This document shows positions 44,369 through 53,658 of a stretch of DNA of 64,000 bases, piece by piece. The position numbers were made by a program, and so were the translations under genes. The stretch comes from an uncultured Alphaproteobacteria bacterium. GTDB taxonomy: Bacteria > Pseudomonadota > Alphaproteobacteria > HIMB59 > GCA-002718135. How positions within the stretch are numbered: position 1 is the stretch's first letter; the number at the start of each line of letters is the position of its first letter. The DNA lies in NCBI GenBank assembly GCA_902596065.1, contig CACJSL010000002.1:12794-76793 (forward strand), written 5' to 3'. A model generated the notes under the pieces. It saw only the letters and a list, made by a program, of their open reading frames with translations. It was not told the origin of the DNA and searched no databases.

Positions 44369-45556
44369 ATGCTTTCCAATATTAAAAGGTATTTTGACTT
44401 TAGTTCAATAAATTCTAGTATAAAATATTTATCTATTGTTGCTTTCTTTACAGGCACAGTTCTTGGTTATTTTTTCACAATAATAGTAATTTTACAAAAA
44501 TATGCAGGTTATTCAGAATCAACAATTGGTTTAATTGCCTCTAGTTTTTCTTTTGGGTTAATGTCTGCAGGTTTTTTTGTGTCTAAAACTTTAGATAGAT
44601 TTGGATTATTTAATACATTGATATTTTCAGTATGTATTCAAGCCTTATGTGTTATTTCTATGTTTGTATATTTTAATCCAATAAATTTTGTGATTTGTCA
44701 TTTTATCATGGGACTTACGGGTGGCATGAATTGGATGACAATGGATACTTGGGTAAATATTGTTTCTAATAACAATAATAGAGGAAAATCTATAGGTTTA
44801 TATAATTCAGCAATTTCAATTGGTTTTGGTGTAGGGCCATTAATTGTAGCTGTTTTAGGAAGTAAAGGATCTTTACCAATTTTTATATGCTTAATATTAA
44901 TGGCTTTCAGAATTTTTATGATTATTTTAATAAAAAAACATATCGAAAATGTAGAAATACCTAAGCAAAAGAAACAAATTAGTTTTTCATTCATTGTAAT
45001 GGCCCCTTTTGTTTTTGTTGCTATATTTATTGGGGGAATTAACGACTCTACTTTTGGTGCTTTATTTCCTGCATTTATGATAAATGAATTCTTTTCTGAC
45101 AGACAAATTGGTTTCTATTATTTTTTAGGAGCTTTTGCTGGTGTCTTATCTCAACCTTTTGTAGGAGCATTAAGTGATAAAATAGATAAAAGAAAATTAA
45201 TTTTTATTTTTCTTTGTGGAAATATTATATGGCCACTACTCCTATTAAAAACTATAAACTTAGATTATGCTGTTTACATTTCAGTTATTATATGGGGTTG
45301 TTCAAGTATTAGTTTATATACTGTGACTTTGGCCTATTTAGGACAAAGGATAAAAATCAAGGAAATAGCAATAGCTACCTCATTATTCATCATAATATAT
45401 GAAGCAGGAGAATTCATAGGGCCTATTTCCGTAGGTATAGTTATGGACAGTATGGGAAATAATGGATTTATTTATAGCCTATTAATCTTTACTAGTTTTA
45501 GTATAATAATTGGATTTATCAGATCAGTTTTAAAAAATGAAAATAAAAATAATTAA
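44369..45556 (+). CDS. MFS transporter
   Basis: 395 aa with 12 predicted TMS in a 6+6 arrangement and a central basic loop (KKHIENVEIPKQKKQ). Confidence 0.8.
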   Translation: MLSNIKRYFDFSSINSSIKYLSIVAFFTGTVLGYFFTIIVILQKYAGYSESTIGLIASSFSFGLMSAGFFVSKTLDRFGLFNTLIFSVCIQALCVISMFVYFNPINFVICHFIMGLTGGMNWMTMDTWVNIVSNNNNRGKSIGLYNSAISIGFGVGPLIVAVLGSKGSLPIFICLILMAFRIFMIILIKKHIENVEIPKQKKQISFSFIVMAPFVFVAIFIGGINDSTFGALFPAFMINEFFSDRQIGFYYFLGAFAGVLSQPFVGALSDKIDKRKLIFIFLCGNIIWPLLLLKTINLDYAVYISVIIWGCSSISLYTVTLAYLGQRIKIKEIAIATSLFIIIYEAGEFIGPISVGIVMDSMGNNGFIYSLLIFTSFSIIIGFIRSVLKNENKNN

Positions 45557-45983
45557 AGCAAAAAAAGAGAATATTAAGGATGTTGGCATTCTATTTGATT
45601 TATATAGACAATTTTATAAATATAATCCTGAATTAAAAAAATCTACTAAATATATCAAAGAAAGAATTTCTAAAAAAGATTCAACTATTTTTGTATGCTA
45701 CCAAGATAAGGAGGCATGCGGATTTGTGCAATTATATGAAACTTTTGATTCCCTTAATATTAATAAAAAATTAATCTTATATGATTTGTTTGTAAAAGAA
45801 ATTTTTAGAAAAAAAAGAATAGGTAGAAAATTAATGAATACTGCAAAAAAATTTGCAGTTAAAAAGAAAATTAAAATAATAGAACTATCTACTGCAATTA
45901 CTAATAAGAAGGCTCAATCACTTTATGAATCTCTTGAATATAAAAGAGATAAAGAATATTATAACTATTATTTAGAATTATAA
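45537..45983 (+). CDS. GNAT-family N-acetyltransferase
   Basis: 148 aa with an acetyl-CoA-binding motif context, LFVKEIFRKKRIGRKLM (R/Q-x-x-G-x-G/A-like). It overlaps the MFS gene by 20 nt. Confidence 0.75.
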   Translation: MKIKIIKAKKENIKDVGILFDLYRQFYKYNPELKKSTKYIKERISKKDSTIFVCYQDKEACGFVQLYETFDSLNINKKLILYDLFVKEIFRKKRIGRKLMNTAKKFAVKKKIKIIELSTAITNKKAQSLYESLEYKRDKEYYNYYLEL

Positions 45984-45985
45984 AT

Positions 45986-46555
45986 ATGAAAACTGTTAAA
46001 TTTAATGAAATGAAAGATGGGGATAAAGAAGATTATGAACTTCTTGCTAAATTTGAAGATAAATACATAGAAGGTACGGCTGATAGAGTTATTCGTATTT
46101 TAAAAGGTTTAGACAGTTCATTAGGAGGTTATAAAGTTTCTAGATTAGAACACTCTTTACAAACTGCATCAAGAGCACTGAGAGATAATGCATCAGAAGA
46201 AATGATAGTCGCAGCCCTATTACATGATATAGGAGATGAAATAGCTCCATTAAATCATTCAGAAATATCTGCAGCAGTATTAAGGCCTTTTGTTGCTGAA
46301 AAAACTCATTGGATAGTTCAAAAACATGGATTATTTCAATCTTATTATTATAATCATCATTATGGAAATGATCGAAATTTAAGAGATAAATATAAAGATC
46401 ATCCTTTTTTTATAGATACTGTTAATTTTTGCTCAAAGTGGGATCAAAATTCTTTTGATCCAAATTATGAAACTATTCCTCTTAAAGATTTTATTCCTTT
46501 AGTTTATAAAATTTTTAATAGAGACCCTCATAAACATGTATATTTGGGACTTTAA
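45986..46555 (+). CDS. HD-domain metalloprotein (phosphohydrolase fold; possible PhnZ/MIOX-like oxygenase)
   Basis: 189 aa with H56 (LEHSLQTA), H80-D81 (AALLHDIGD), further conserved-looking His (H91, H108, H114, H124/125, H139) and KWDQNSFD near the C-terminus. The EHSLQ.A....A.EEM..AALLHD pattern resembles PhnZ as I recall it. Confidence 0.7.
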   Translation: MKTVKFNEMKDGDKEDYELLAKFEDKYIEGTADRVIRILKGLDSSLGGYKVSRLEHSLQTASRALRDNASEEMIVAALLHDIGDEIAPLNHSEISAAVLRPFVAEKTHWIVQKHGLFQSYYYNHHYGNDRNLRDKYKDHPFFIDTVNFCSKWDQNSFDPNYETIPLKDFIPLVYKIFNRDPHKHVYLGL

Positions 46556-46560
46556 TTATT

Positions 46561-47028
46561 TTATTTTTTTAATTTATTAATAAGATGTAAATTTCCTGGT
46601 TTAAAATTATTTTTATTATCTTCTATAAAATTTTTAATTAAGCTACTTTTTGATTCCTCAAATTCAGTTACTTTGCGAGAATTCAAATCCACATATAATG
46701 AACAAACCTCTGTTGTAGCTGCTAAGTATTTTTCTGACTTGTGAATCATTTCAAGTTTATAAACAATACGTTTTTTATCAAAATCAATAAAAAGTAATTT
46801 AATATCAACTTCATCTCCAACTTTAACTTCCATGTCATAAGTTGTGTGCGATTCTACAGCAAAAGTAGTTCTTTTTTCAATTTTAGCTGCATCTTCTCCT
46901 ATATTAAATTTTTGCAGCAAAACCTCCCAAGCAGAATCAAAGAGATGAATATAAAAAGCAAGGTTCATATGACCGTTATAATCAGTCCATTCAGATTTAA
47001 CACGACCTGTTTTTAAATAAATACTCAC
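46561..47028 (-). CDS. Hotdog-fold (4HBT/YbgC-type) acyl-CoA thioesterase
   Basis: 155 aa. The N-terminal [15 protein letters not shown] matches the 4HBT-type D-x-N-x-H-(V/M)-N motif. It is divergent from the BKACE gene. Confidence 0.72.
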   Translation of the reverse strand: MSIYLKTGRVKSEWTDYNGHMNLAFYIHLFDSAWEVLLQKFNIGEDAAKIEKRTTFAVESHTTYDMEVKVGDEVDIKLLFIDFDKKRIVYKLEMIHKSEKYLAATTEVCSLYVDLNSRKVTEFEESKSSLIKNFIEDNKNNFKPGNLHLINKLKK

Positions 47029-47071
47029 TTGTCTAATTCCTTATTCTGAGATACATCAAATTATATTAAAA

Positions 47072-47962
47072 ATGAACAATGAAGTTATAATAAGTTGTGC
47101 TGTTACTGGATCTGGTGATACTGCTAAAAAGCATCCTGAACTTCCAATAACTCCGAAACAAATAGCTGACGCTGCTATAGAGGCAGCTAAGGAGGGGGCG
47201 GCTATTGCTCATATGCATGTGCGAGAACCAGACGGAAAACCAAGCAGAAAACTTGAATACTATAAAGAGGTTGCAGATAGAATCAGATCAAGCGATACTG
47301 ATGTTGTAATCAATTTTACTACTGGTATGGGAGGAGACTTTGAAGTTGGAGAGGGAAAAGATCCTTTAAATCCTATAGGGCCTAACACCGATATGGTACA
47401 TGCCCTTGATCGTTTAGAGCATGTTGAAGAATTATTACCAGAAATATGCACTTTAGATTGTGGCTCTCTGAATTTTGGAGATACAAATATGCTATTTGTC
47501 CATACTCCAATCCAGTTAAGAGCTGCTGCAAAAAAAATGCAAGATTTAGGAGTTAAACCAGAAATGGAAGCTTTTGAAATGGGGCACTTATGGTTTGCAA
47601 ATCAATTATATAAAGAAGGACTAGTTGATGGACCTCCAATGTATCAAATATGTTTAGGTATACCTTGGGGCTCTCCAGCTGATACAAGCTCAATGAAAGT
47701 AATGGCAGACATGATACCTTCTGAAGGTATCTGGGCTGGTTTTGGTATAGGAAGACACCAAATGCCTATGGCTGCTCAAGCTGTAGTTTTAGGTGGAAAT
47801 GTTCGAGTAGGTCTTGAAGATAATTTATATTTAAAAAAAGGAGTATTAGCATCGAACGGTCAATTAGTTGAAAAAGCTGCAAGAATAGTTGATGATTTGG
47901 GTGCAAAAATATTAAATCCTGAAGAAGTAAGAGAAAAATTAAAATTAAAAAAACATTTTTAA
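47072..47962 (+). CDS. BKACE (beta-keto acid cleavage enzyme, DUF849 / 3-keto-5-aminohexanoate cleavage enzyme family)
   Basis: 296 aa. [13 protein letters not shown]...[38 protein letters not shown] is the characteristic DUF849 N-terminus, followed by [12 protein letters not shown] near the C-terminus. Confidence 0.85.
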   Translation: MNNEVIISCAVTGSGDTAKKHPELPITPKQIADAAIEAAKEGAAIAHMHVREPDGKPSRKLEYYKEVADRIRSSDTDVVINFTTGMGGDFEVGEGKDPLNPIGPNTDMVHALDRLEHVEELLPEICTLDCGSLNFGDTNMLFVHTPIQLRAAAKKMQDLGVKPEMEAFEMGHLWFANQLYKEGLVDGPPMYQICLGIPWGSPADTSSMKVMADMIPSEGIWAGFGIGRHQMPMAAQAVVLGGNVRVGLEDNLYLKKGVLASNGQLVEKAARIVDDLGAKILNPEEVREKLKLKKHF

Positions 47963-47968
47963 ATTTTT

Positions 47969-48976
47969 ATGAGTATTGAATCAAAATATGTTGCCTTAAA
48001 AGAATACATACCTATGGGGAATCCTAGTTTATCTCATTTTGATTTAAAATCTGAAACAATTTCTCTAAAAAATGATGATGAAGTTTTAGTAACTAATAAA
48101 TGGATATCCGTAGATCCTTATATGAGAGCTAGAATGACTGAAAGGAAAAATTATAAACCTCCTTTTGAAATTGGTAAACCAATGGAGGGAACAGCAATTG
48201 GAGAAATAATTGAAAGTAAATCAAATAATTTTAAAAAAGGAGATTTCGTACTAAGTGAATTTGGTTGGAGAGATAATTTTATTGCAAATTCAGAATCACT
48301 TAAAAAAATTAACCCTATTAATGTACCTATACAAACATATTTAGGTCCTTTAGGCTTTACTGGTCATACAGCATATATTGGACTTTTTAGAATAGCAAAA
48401 ATAAAACAAAACCAAACTATTCTTGTTTCTTCTGCAGCAGGAAGTGTAGGATCTACTGTTTGTCAAATTGCTAAAATATTAGGATGTAAAGTTATTGCAA
48501 GTACTGGTAGTGATGAAAAAGTAGAGTGGCTAAAAAAAGAAATTGGTGTTGATCATGCTTTTAATTACAAAAAAATTGATAATCTAGTTTTGCACTTTAA
48601 AGATATTTGTCCAGAAGGTTTTGATATTTACTTTGATAATGTTGGGGGAGATTTTCTTGAGGCGGCAATTTTTAGAATGAAAAATTTTGGTAGAATTGTT
48701 ATTTGTGGAAGGATTTCTCAAATGAATGCAACTTCACCTGGTGAAGGATTAAAAAATATGGCTCATGTGTTAGTAAAAAGATTAACTATTAAAGGTTTTT
48801 TAATATTTGATCATTATGAAGATTATAAAGATTTTGAAAATGATATGAGCAATTGGGTAATAAATAAAAAAATTAAATGGAGAGAAACTATCGTTGAGGG
48901 TATTGAAAATTCACCTCAAGCTTTCTTAGACTTATTAAATGGCAAAAATATAGGCAAAATGATTGTTAAAATCTAA
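47969..48976 (+). CDS. NADP-dependent MDR oxidoreductase (zinc-independent, PTGR1/YncB/CurA-like enone reductase type)
   Basis: 335 aa with ISVDPYMR, VSSAAGSVGSTVCQIAK (AxxGxxG), and no zinc-ligand Cys cluster. Confidence 0.82.
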   Translation: MSIESKYVALKEYIPMGNPSLSHFDLKSETISLKNDDEVLVTNKWISVDPYMRARMTERKNYKPPFEIGKPMEGTAIGEIIESKSNNFKKGDFVLSEFGWRDNFIANSESLKKINPINVPIQTYLGPLGFTGHTAYIGLFRIAKIKQNQTILVSSAAGSVGSTVCQIAKILGCKVIASTGSDEKVEWLKKEIGVDHAFNYKKIDNLVLHFKDICPEGFDIYFDNVGGDFLEAAIFRMKNFGRIVICGRISQMNATSPGEGLKNMAHVLVKRLTIKGFLIFDHYEDYKDFENDMSNWVINKKIKWRETIVEGIENSPQAFLDLLNGKNIGKMIVKI

Positions 48977-50418
48977 ACAGTCACATAAGGGGACGTGCCT
49001 CGATAATTAATATCTAATTTTAAATCTTTATCTATGGGAGGAAATGCTCTTTGTTGACAATTAATTCTAGGACATATCCTGCACGAAATTCCTATGGGTG
49101 TCTCTAAGTTTTTATTTTGAAGGTCCATTCCTTCAGAATATGTTAATTCTTTTGCATATTGAATATCACAACCTAAGCCAATAGAAACAAAACTTTTTGG
49201 CATACCATGTTTTTCTATTCCTTTTTCAAAAGCTCTAGCTATACAAAAATATACTTTTCCATCTGGCATTCTTGATATTTGAGGATGAATTTTTCCAGGA
49301 TTTAAAAAAGCTATATATACATTCCATCTTGGACATGAGCCTCCATGTCTTGGAATATGAATACCAGATAAAGAAAATCTTTTAGATACATTGCCAGCTA
49401 TATCTGTTTTTAAAAAATGAAATGGCACTCCCTCAGAGCCAGGTCTTTGTAAATTAGTTAAACGATGAGTAATTTGTTCAAAGCTAGCAGCATAATGATG
49501 CATTAATATCTCAATATCATACTTGTATTTTTTTGCACTTTTAAGAAAATCTTCATAAGGCATCAATAGTGCAGCTGAAAAATAATTTAATAATGATATT
49601 TTCAGTAAAGCAATTAATTCATCTGAATAAAATTTATTTTTATTAATTATTTGTTGTATAATTTTTTGACATTCACAATAACCTATTTGATAGGCTAGAT
49701 GAAAATTTCTAGCAGTATAGGTAAGCATTTCTGATAAAATAAGAGTATTATTTTTACTATCAAATTTTTTAACTGATTTTTCATCTTCTTCTGGTGGTAC
49801 TATTTTAACTTTTATATTATGCTCGCTTTGTAAATAACTTGTAAATTTGATTTCAGTAGACCCTATTCCAGGTCCAAACTGTAAGCCAATTTTATCTCTT
49901 AAGGACTCGGCTTTTTTTTCTAAAGAATCAAAATAATTTTTATTTTCTTGCAAAAAGTCTGAAACAATTTCTACTGGCAAACGAGTAGATTTTCTTTCTG
50001 AAATACCTGATTCTACATCCATAATTTCAAGACGATTTTGCATATCATCTCTTAAGCTTTTGTAAGAATCATTGAGCATCAGCAATGCTTTAGCAATATT
50101 AGGATTACTACCAATAAATTCAGCAGTCTCTAAATTAGTGATATCTAAGTCATCAAATATTTCATTGCTTAAAACTTCCATTGTGTCAGCTAATATTCTT
50201 TTATTACTCTCTACTGTTAAATCTTTTAAAGAAAGATTTAGCTCATTACCTATTTTGATCAAAAGAGGAACAGTAAGTGTTCTTCTGCCATTTTCTAAAA
50301 GATTTAAATAACTTGCTGATATACCAAGATTTTTTGAAAAATCAGATTGAGATATGCCTTTTGATCTCCTCTCTTTTCTAATTCTAGGACCAAGGTTTAT
50401 TAATTCAGAAGATTTCAT
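48973..50418 (-). CDS. ScfR/RamB-type regulator (XRE HTH + ImmA/IrrE-like metallopeptidase-like domain + DUF2083-type C-terminus)
   Basis: 481 aa. N-terminal XRE HTH (IRKERRSKGISQSDFSKNLGISASYLNLLENGRR) and a Cys-rich C-terminal region (GGSCPRWNV...CRICPRINCQQR), as in short-chain fatty acyl-CoA regulators. Confidence 0.78.
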   Translation of the reverse strand: MKSSELINLGPRIRKERRSKGISQSDFSKNLGISASYLNLLENGRRTLTVPLLIKIGNELNLSLKDLTVESNKRILADTMEVLSNEIFDDLDITNLETAEFIGSNPNIAKALLMLNDSYKSLRDDMQNRLEIMDVESGISERKSTRLPVEIVSDFLQENKNYFDSLEKKAESLRDKIGLQFGPGIGSTEIKFTSYLQSEHNIKVKIVPPEEDEKSVKKFDSKNNTLILSEMLTYTARNFHLAYQIGYCECQKIIQQIINKNKFYSDELIALLKISLLNYFSAALLMPYEDFLKSAKKYKYDIEILMHHYAASFEQITHRLTNLQRPGSEGVPFHFLKTDIAGNVSKRFSLSGIHIPRHGGSCPRWNVYIAFLNPGKIHPQISRMPDGKVYFCIARAFEKGIEKHGMPKSFVSIGLGCDIQYAKELTYSEGMDLQNKNLETPIGISCRICPRINCQQRAFPPIDKDLKLDINYRGTSPYVTV

Positions 50419-50419
50419 A

Positions 50420-50467
50420 TTTACAAAATTTACAAATTAAGATTTTTTACAATCATGTTCTTTACAT
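50420..50467. promoter_or_regulatory. Four same-orientation TTTACA(A/T) repeats immediately upstream of the ScfR-type regulator
   Basis: TTTACAAA at 50420 and 50429 (9-bp period), TTTACAA at 50446 and TTTACAT at 50461. AAAATTTACAAA resembles the corynebacterial RamB box A(A/G)AACTTTGCAAA as I remember it. Confidence 0.25.
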
Positions 50468-50542
50468 AAATTATGGCTGAAATTCAAAAAAAAAATTGAT
50501 TTTTTTTAGATTAGTAAATAATGTCAATTATCGAGGAAAACT

Positions 50543-50722
50543 ATGCAAAAAAATGAAAAAACTAAGAAAAAAGCTAAAAGTAAAGAGTTTAATAATACTC
50601 TAATTACTAATGAATTTACCAAAAAAGATATTGAAAAGTCTTATGATTTAGACAATTTAAAAGGTACTGAAGCCTATTACTCAAATAGATATGGCTGGAC
50701 CCTAAGAAAATCTATCGATTAA
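50543..50722 (+). CDS. Unannotated small ORF, 59 codons, hypothetical basic protein
   Basis: Below the ORF-track cut-off. ATG at 50543 is preceded by GAGGA (50533-50537) at 5-nt spacing; stop TAA at 50720-50722. Translation: MQKNEKTKKKAKSKEFNNTLITNEFTKKDIEKSYDLDNLKGTEAYYSNRYGWTLRKSID. It fills most of an otherwise unusual 318-bp gap. Confidence 0.35.
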   Translation: MQKNEKTKKKAKSKEFNNTLITNEFTKKDIEKSYDLDNLKGTEAYYSNRYGWTLRKSID

Positions 50723-50736
50723 ATTAACTTTTATAT

Positions 50737-53421
50737 TTAACCTGTATTTTTCATTGAAGCTGAAATACCTGAAATAGTAACAATCATTGCATCCATTAGT
50801 ATTTTTTTGCTTTTTGTATTTATATTTTTCTTGTTTAATCTTTTCATTATATCTGCTTGAAGTAAGTTTAAAATTTCTGCATAGGTATTTCTTAGTTTGA
50901 TTGATTTTCTGAAAGCTTTTCTTTGATTTATTATATTATTAGGAATAATTTTTTTATTAATTTCAATTAATTCAATAAGTTTCGCCCTTAATTCATTTCC
51001 AATTTTTTTTAATTCAGGAGTTGCTAAACATTCTTCATAATATCTAATTACTCGTTGATCTGTTTTTATCAAAACCATATCTAACATATCCATCATTTCA
51101 TAAAAAAATGGCCAGTTTTTAATCATCTCATCTAAAATTTTTTTATTTTTTCCTTTTGAAGCAAAATTTAAAGCTTCATATGTGCCCAGCCATGCTGGTA
51201 ATAACATTCGAATTTGTGTCCAGGCAAAAACCCAAGGTATAGCTCTTAAACTTTTAATATCTTTTGAAGCATTTCTCTTAGAAGGTCTCGATCCAATATA
51301 TAATTTGCCAATAATATTCTTTGGGGTGACTTTATCAAAATATTTTAAAAAATCTTCATCTTCTAATAAATAATGTCTATATGCTTTACTTGAAATAACG
51401 CTCATTGAATCTATTAATGCCCTCCATTCTTTACTAGGCTTGTTAGGAGGAGATAAAGTTGCTTCAAGTACTGCTCCTATATAGGTCCCTAAACTATATT
51501 CAGCCATAGATTCAGATCCATATTTTTGTTGTATTACTTCTCCTTGTTCAGTTACTCTAGTCATTCCCATTACAGTGCCTGGTGGTTGAGATAAAAGTGC
51601 TGCATAAACTGGGCCTCCACCTCTACCAACTGACCCCCCTCTTCCGTGAAAGAAATTCAATTTTATTTTATGCTTATTAGCTACTGAACATAATTTTTCT
51701 TGAGCACAATATTGAGCCCAGCTAGCTGCGAATTTTCCAGCATCTTTACTGGAGTCTGAATATCCAATCATTATTTCTTGCTCATTTGAAAAAATATTTG
51801 TGTACCATCTATTTTTAAATAAATTATCTACAATTTTAGATGAATTTTGTAAGTCTGATAATGTTTCAAACAGTGGCACTATTCTTAAAGGGTTTTTAAC
51901 TCCAGCTTCTTTTTGCAATAGTAAAACAGCTAGAATATCAGAAACTTTAGATGTCATAGAAATAACATAAGCTCCTAAAAATTCGTTTGAAGTATTAGCA
52001 ATCATTTTAAAAGTTTCCCATGTTTCTTTATCAGTATTATTAAATTTAATTTTGTTAGGTATTAGTGGTCTTTTAGATTTATATTCTCTAGATAAAAATT
52101 TTATTTTTTCTTGTTCTGATAATTTTGTATATTCCTTTAAGGCTAATTTCTTACAAATTGTATTTAATAATGAAGTATGTCTTGATGACTCTTGTCTAAT
52201 ATCTAATTTTGCTAAATTTAATCCAAAAGTATGACTAAGTCTTATTATATCGAGAACTAAGCCATTAGCTATAATATCACATTTTACTAAACATAAAGAA
52301 TTATAAACTTCATTTAAAGGATCAAGAATTTCATTTATAGAATTAACTAATAATTTTTTTTTAGGTTCTCTTTTCTCTAAAAGAGCATCTTCTATTTCTC
52401 TTTGAGTTTGTTGTAATTTATTTCTAATAGGTCTTAAAAAAACTCTGTATGGTTCCCAAGTTTTCCCTACTTGTTTTTTTATTTTTTTTGAGCAATCAAA
52501 TAATGATAAACTTTGAATTAATTTAGTAAATTCTTTCTCATATAAGCTCGCTGCTTCCCATCTAGATAACAAAACTACTTCCATAGTTGTTTTAGATGTA
52601 ACATTTGGATTTCCATCTCTATCTCCACCCATCCAAGAGCTAACCTTGATTGGAGAATAATTAATAGGTAAGTTTTTATTAGTAAATTTATTAACTGCAT
52701 TATCAAATCTTGAACATATTTTAGGAATCGAATTCCAGAGTGAGTCCTCAATTACAGCCAAACCCCATTTGGCTTCTTCAACAGCCGTAGGTCTAGATCT
52801 TTTTATTTCATCCGTTTTCCATACTGAAGTAATTTCTTCTTTTAATTTTTTTTCAAGTATTCCTTTTTCTCTCTTAATATTTTGTTTTTTAAGAATTTGT
52901 ATATTATTTAATTCGTCTAATATATTATTTACATTGGCATATTTTTGAATCAATGTTCTTCTTTTAACTTCTGTAGGGTGAGCTGTTAAAACTAAATCAA
53001 TACTTATATTTTTTGCTACATTAAAAAATTTATTTTTAGAAACATTTGGATTTTTTTGAACATCTAATAACGCTTCTTCTAAAATTACTATTTCATTAGT
53101 CTCTTGAGTTTTACGAATAACATGATCATGAATATTGTGAATACTATACAATGATTCAGCAATATTAGAAAAATCTAAAAACCTACTAAATGATTTAGCT
53201 ATAATTAAGGTTTCTGTCGAAGTAAGATTTGAAATTTGATTTTTTAATTTTTTAAATGATTGTTTATTTAAACCTTCATTACTTCCTCTACTATTTTTTG
53301 AAAGAGTTCTAATCTTTTCAATCTTATCAAAAATAGCAGTGTTTTCTTGTTTTTTTATAACACTACCTAATATTTCTCCTAAGAGATGAATAGTAGATGA
53401 AAGTTCAATTTTTTTTGTCAT
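50737..53421 (-). CDS. ppc: Phosphoenolpyruvate carboxylase
   Basis: 894 aa with VLTAHPTE, IGYSDSSKDAG, FHGRGGSVGRGGGP and a C-terminal ...MKNTG. Confidence 0.95.
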   Translation of the reverse strand: MTKKIELSSTIHLLGEILGSVIKKQENTAIFDKIEKIRTLSKNSRGSNEGLNKQSFKKLKNQISNLTSTETLIIAKSFSRFLDFSNIAESLYSIHNIHDHVIRKTQETNEIVILEEALLDVQKNPNVSKNKFFNVAKNISIDLVLTAHPTEVKRRTLIQKYANVNNILDELNNIQILKKQNIKREKGILEKKLKEEITSVWKTDEIKRSRPTAVEEAKWGLAVIEDSLWNSIPKICSRFDNAVNKFTNKNLPINYSPIKVSSWMGGDRDGNPNVTSKTTMEVVLLSRWEAASLYEKEFTKLIQSLSLFDCSKKIKKQVGKTWEPYRVFLRPIRNKLQQTQREIEDALLEKREPKKKLLVNSINEILDPLNEVYNSLCLVKCDIIANGLVLDIIRLSHTFGLNLAKLDIRQESSRHTSLLNTICKKLALKEYTKLSEQEKIKFLSREYKSKRPLIPNKIKFNNTDKETWETFKMIANTSNEFLGAYVISMTSKVSDILAVLLLQKEAGVKNPLRIVPLFETLSDLQNSSKIVDNLFKNRWYTNIFSNEQEIMIGYSDSSKDAGKFAASWAQYCAQEKLCSVANKHKIKLNFFHGRGGSVGRGGGPVYAALLSQPPGTVMGMTRVTEQGEVIQQKYGSESMAEYSLGTYIGAVLEATLSPPNKPSKEWRALIDSMSVISSKAYRHYLLEDEDFLKYFDKVTPKNIIGKLYIGSRPSKRNASKDIKSLRAIPWVFAWTQIRMLLPAWLGTYEALNFASKGKNKKILDEMIKNWPFFYEMMDMLDMVLIKTDQRVIRYYEECLATPELKKIGNELRAKLIELIEINKKIIPNNIINQRKAFRKSIKLRNTYAEILNLLQADIMKRLNKKNINTKSKKILMDAMIVTISGISASMKNTG

Positions 53422-53658
53422 AAAGTTTTTTTATGTATAAAAAAAGATAATTTAGAAAAATTAATATATTAATATTTTAATAAATACAGATGATTTTTTT
53501 ATTAAAACTCATGGGTTTCTATTATAAATTTTACTTAAATTATTAAAAAAAGGTAATTTTATTAAATAACTTTTAGTGCTCTATTTAATACACTTGTTTT
53601 GAACAAAATTATTTTTTTTATTTTTTAATATATTTTTAATATTAGATTAATCTATAAA

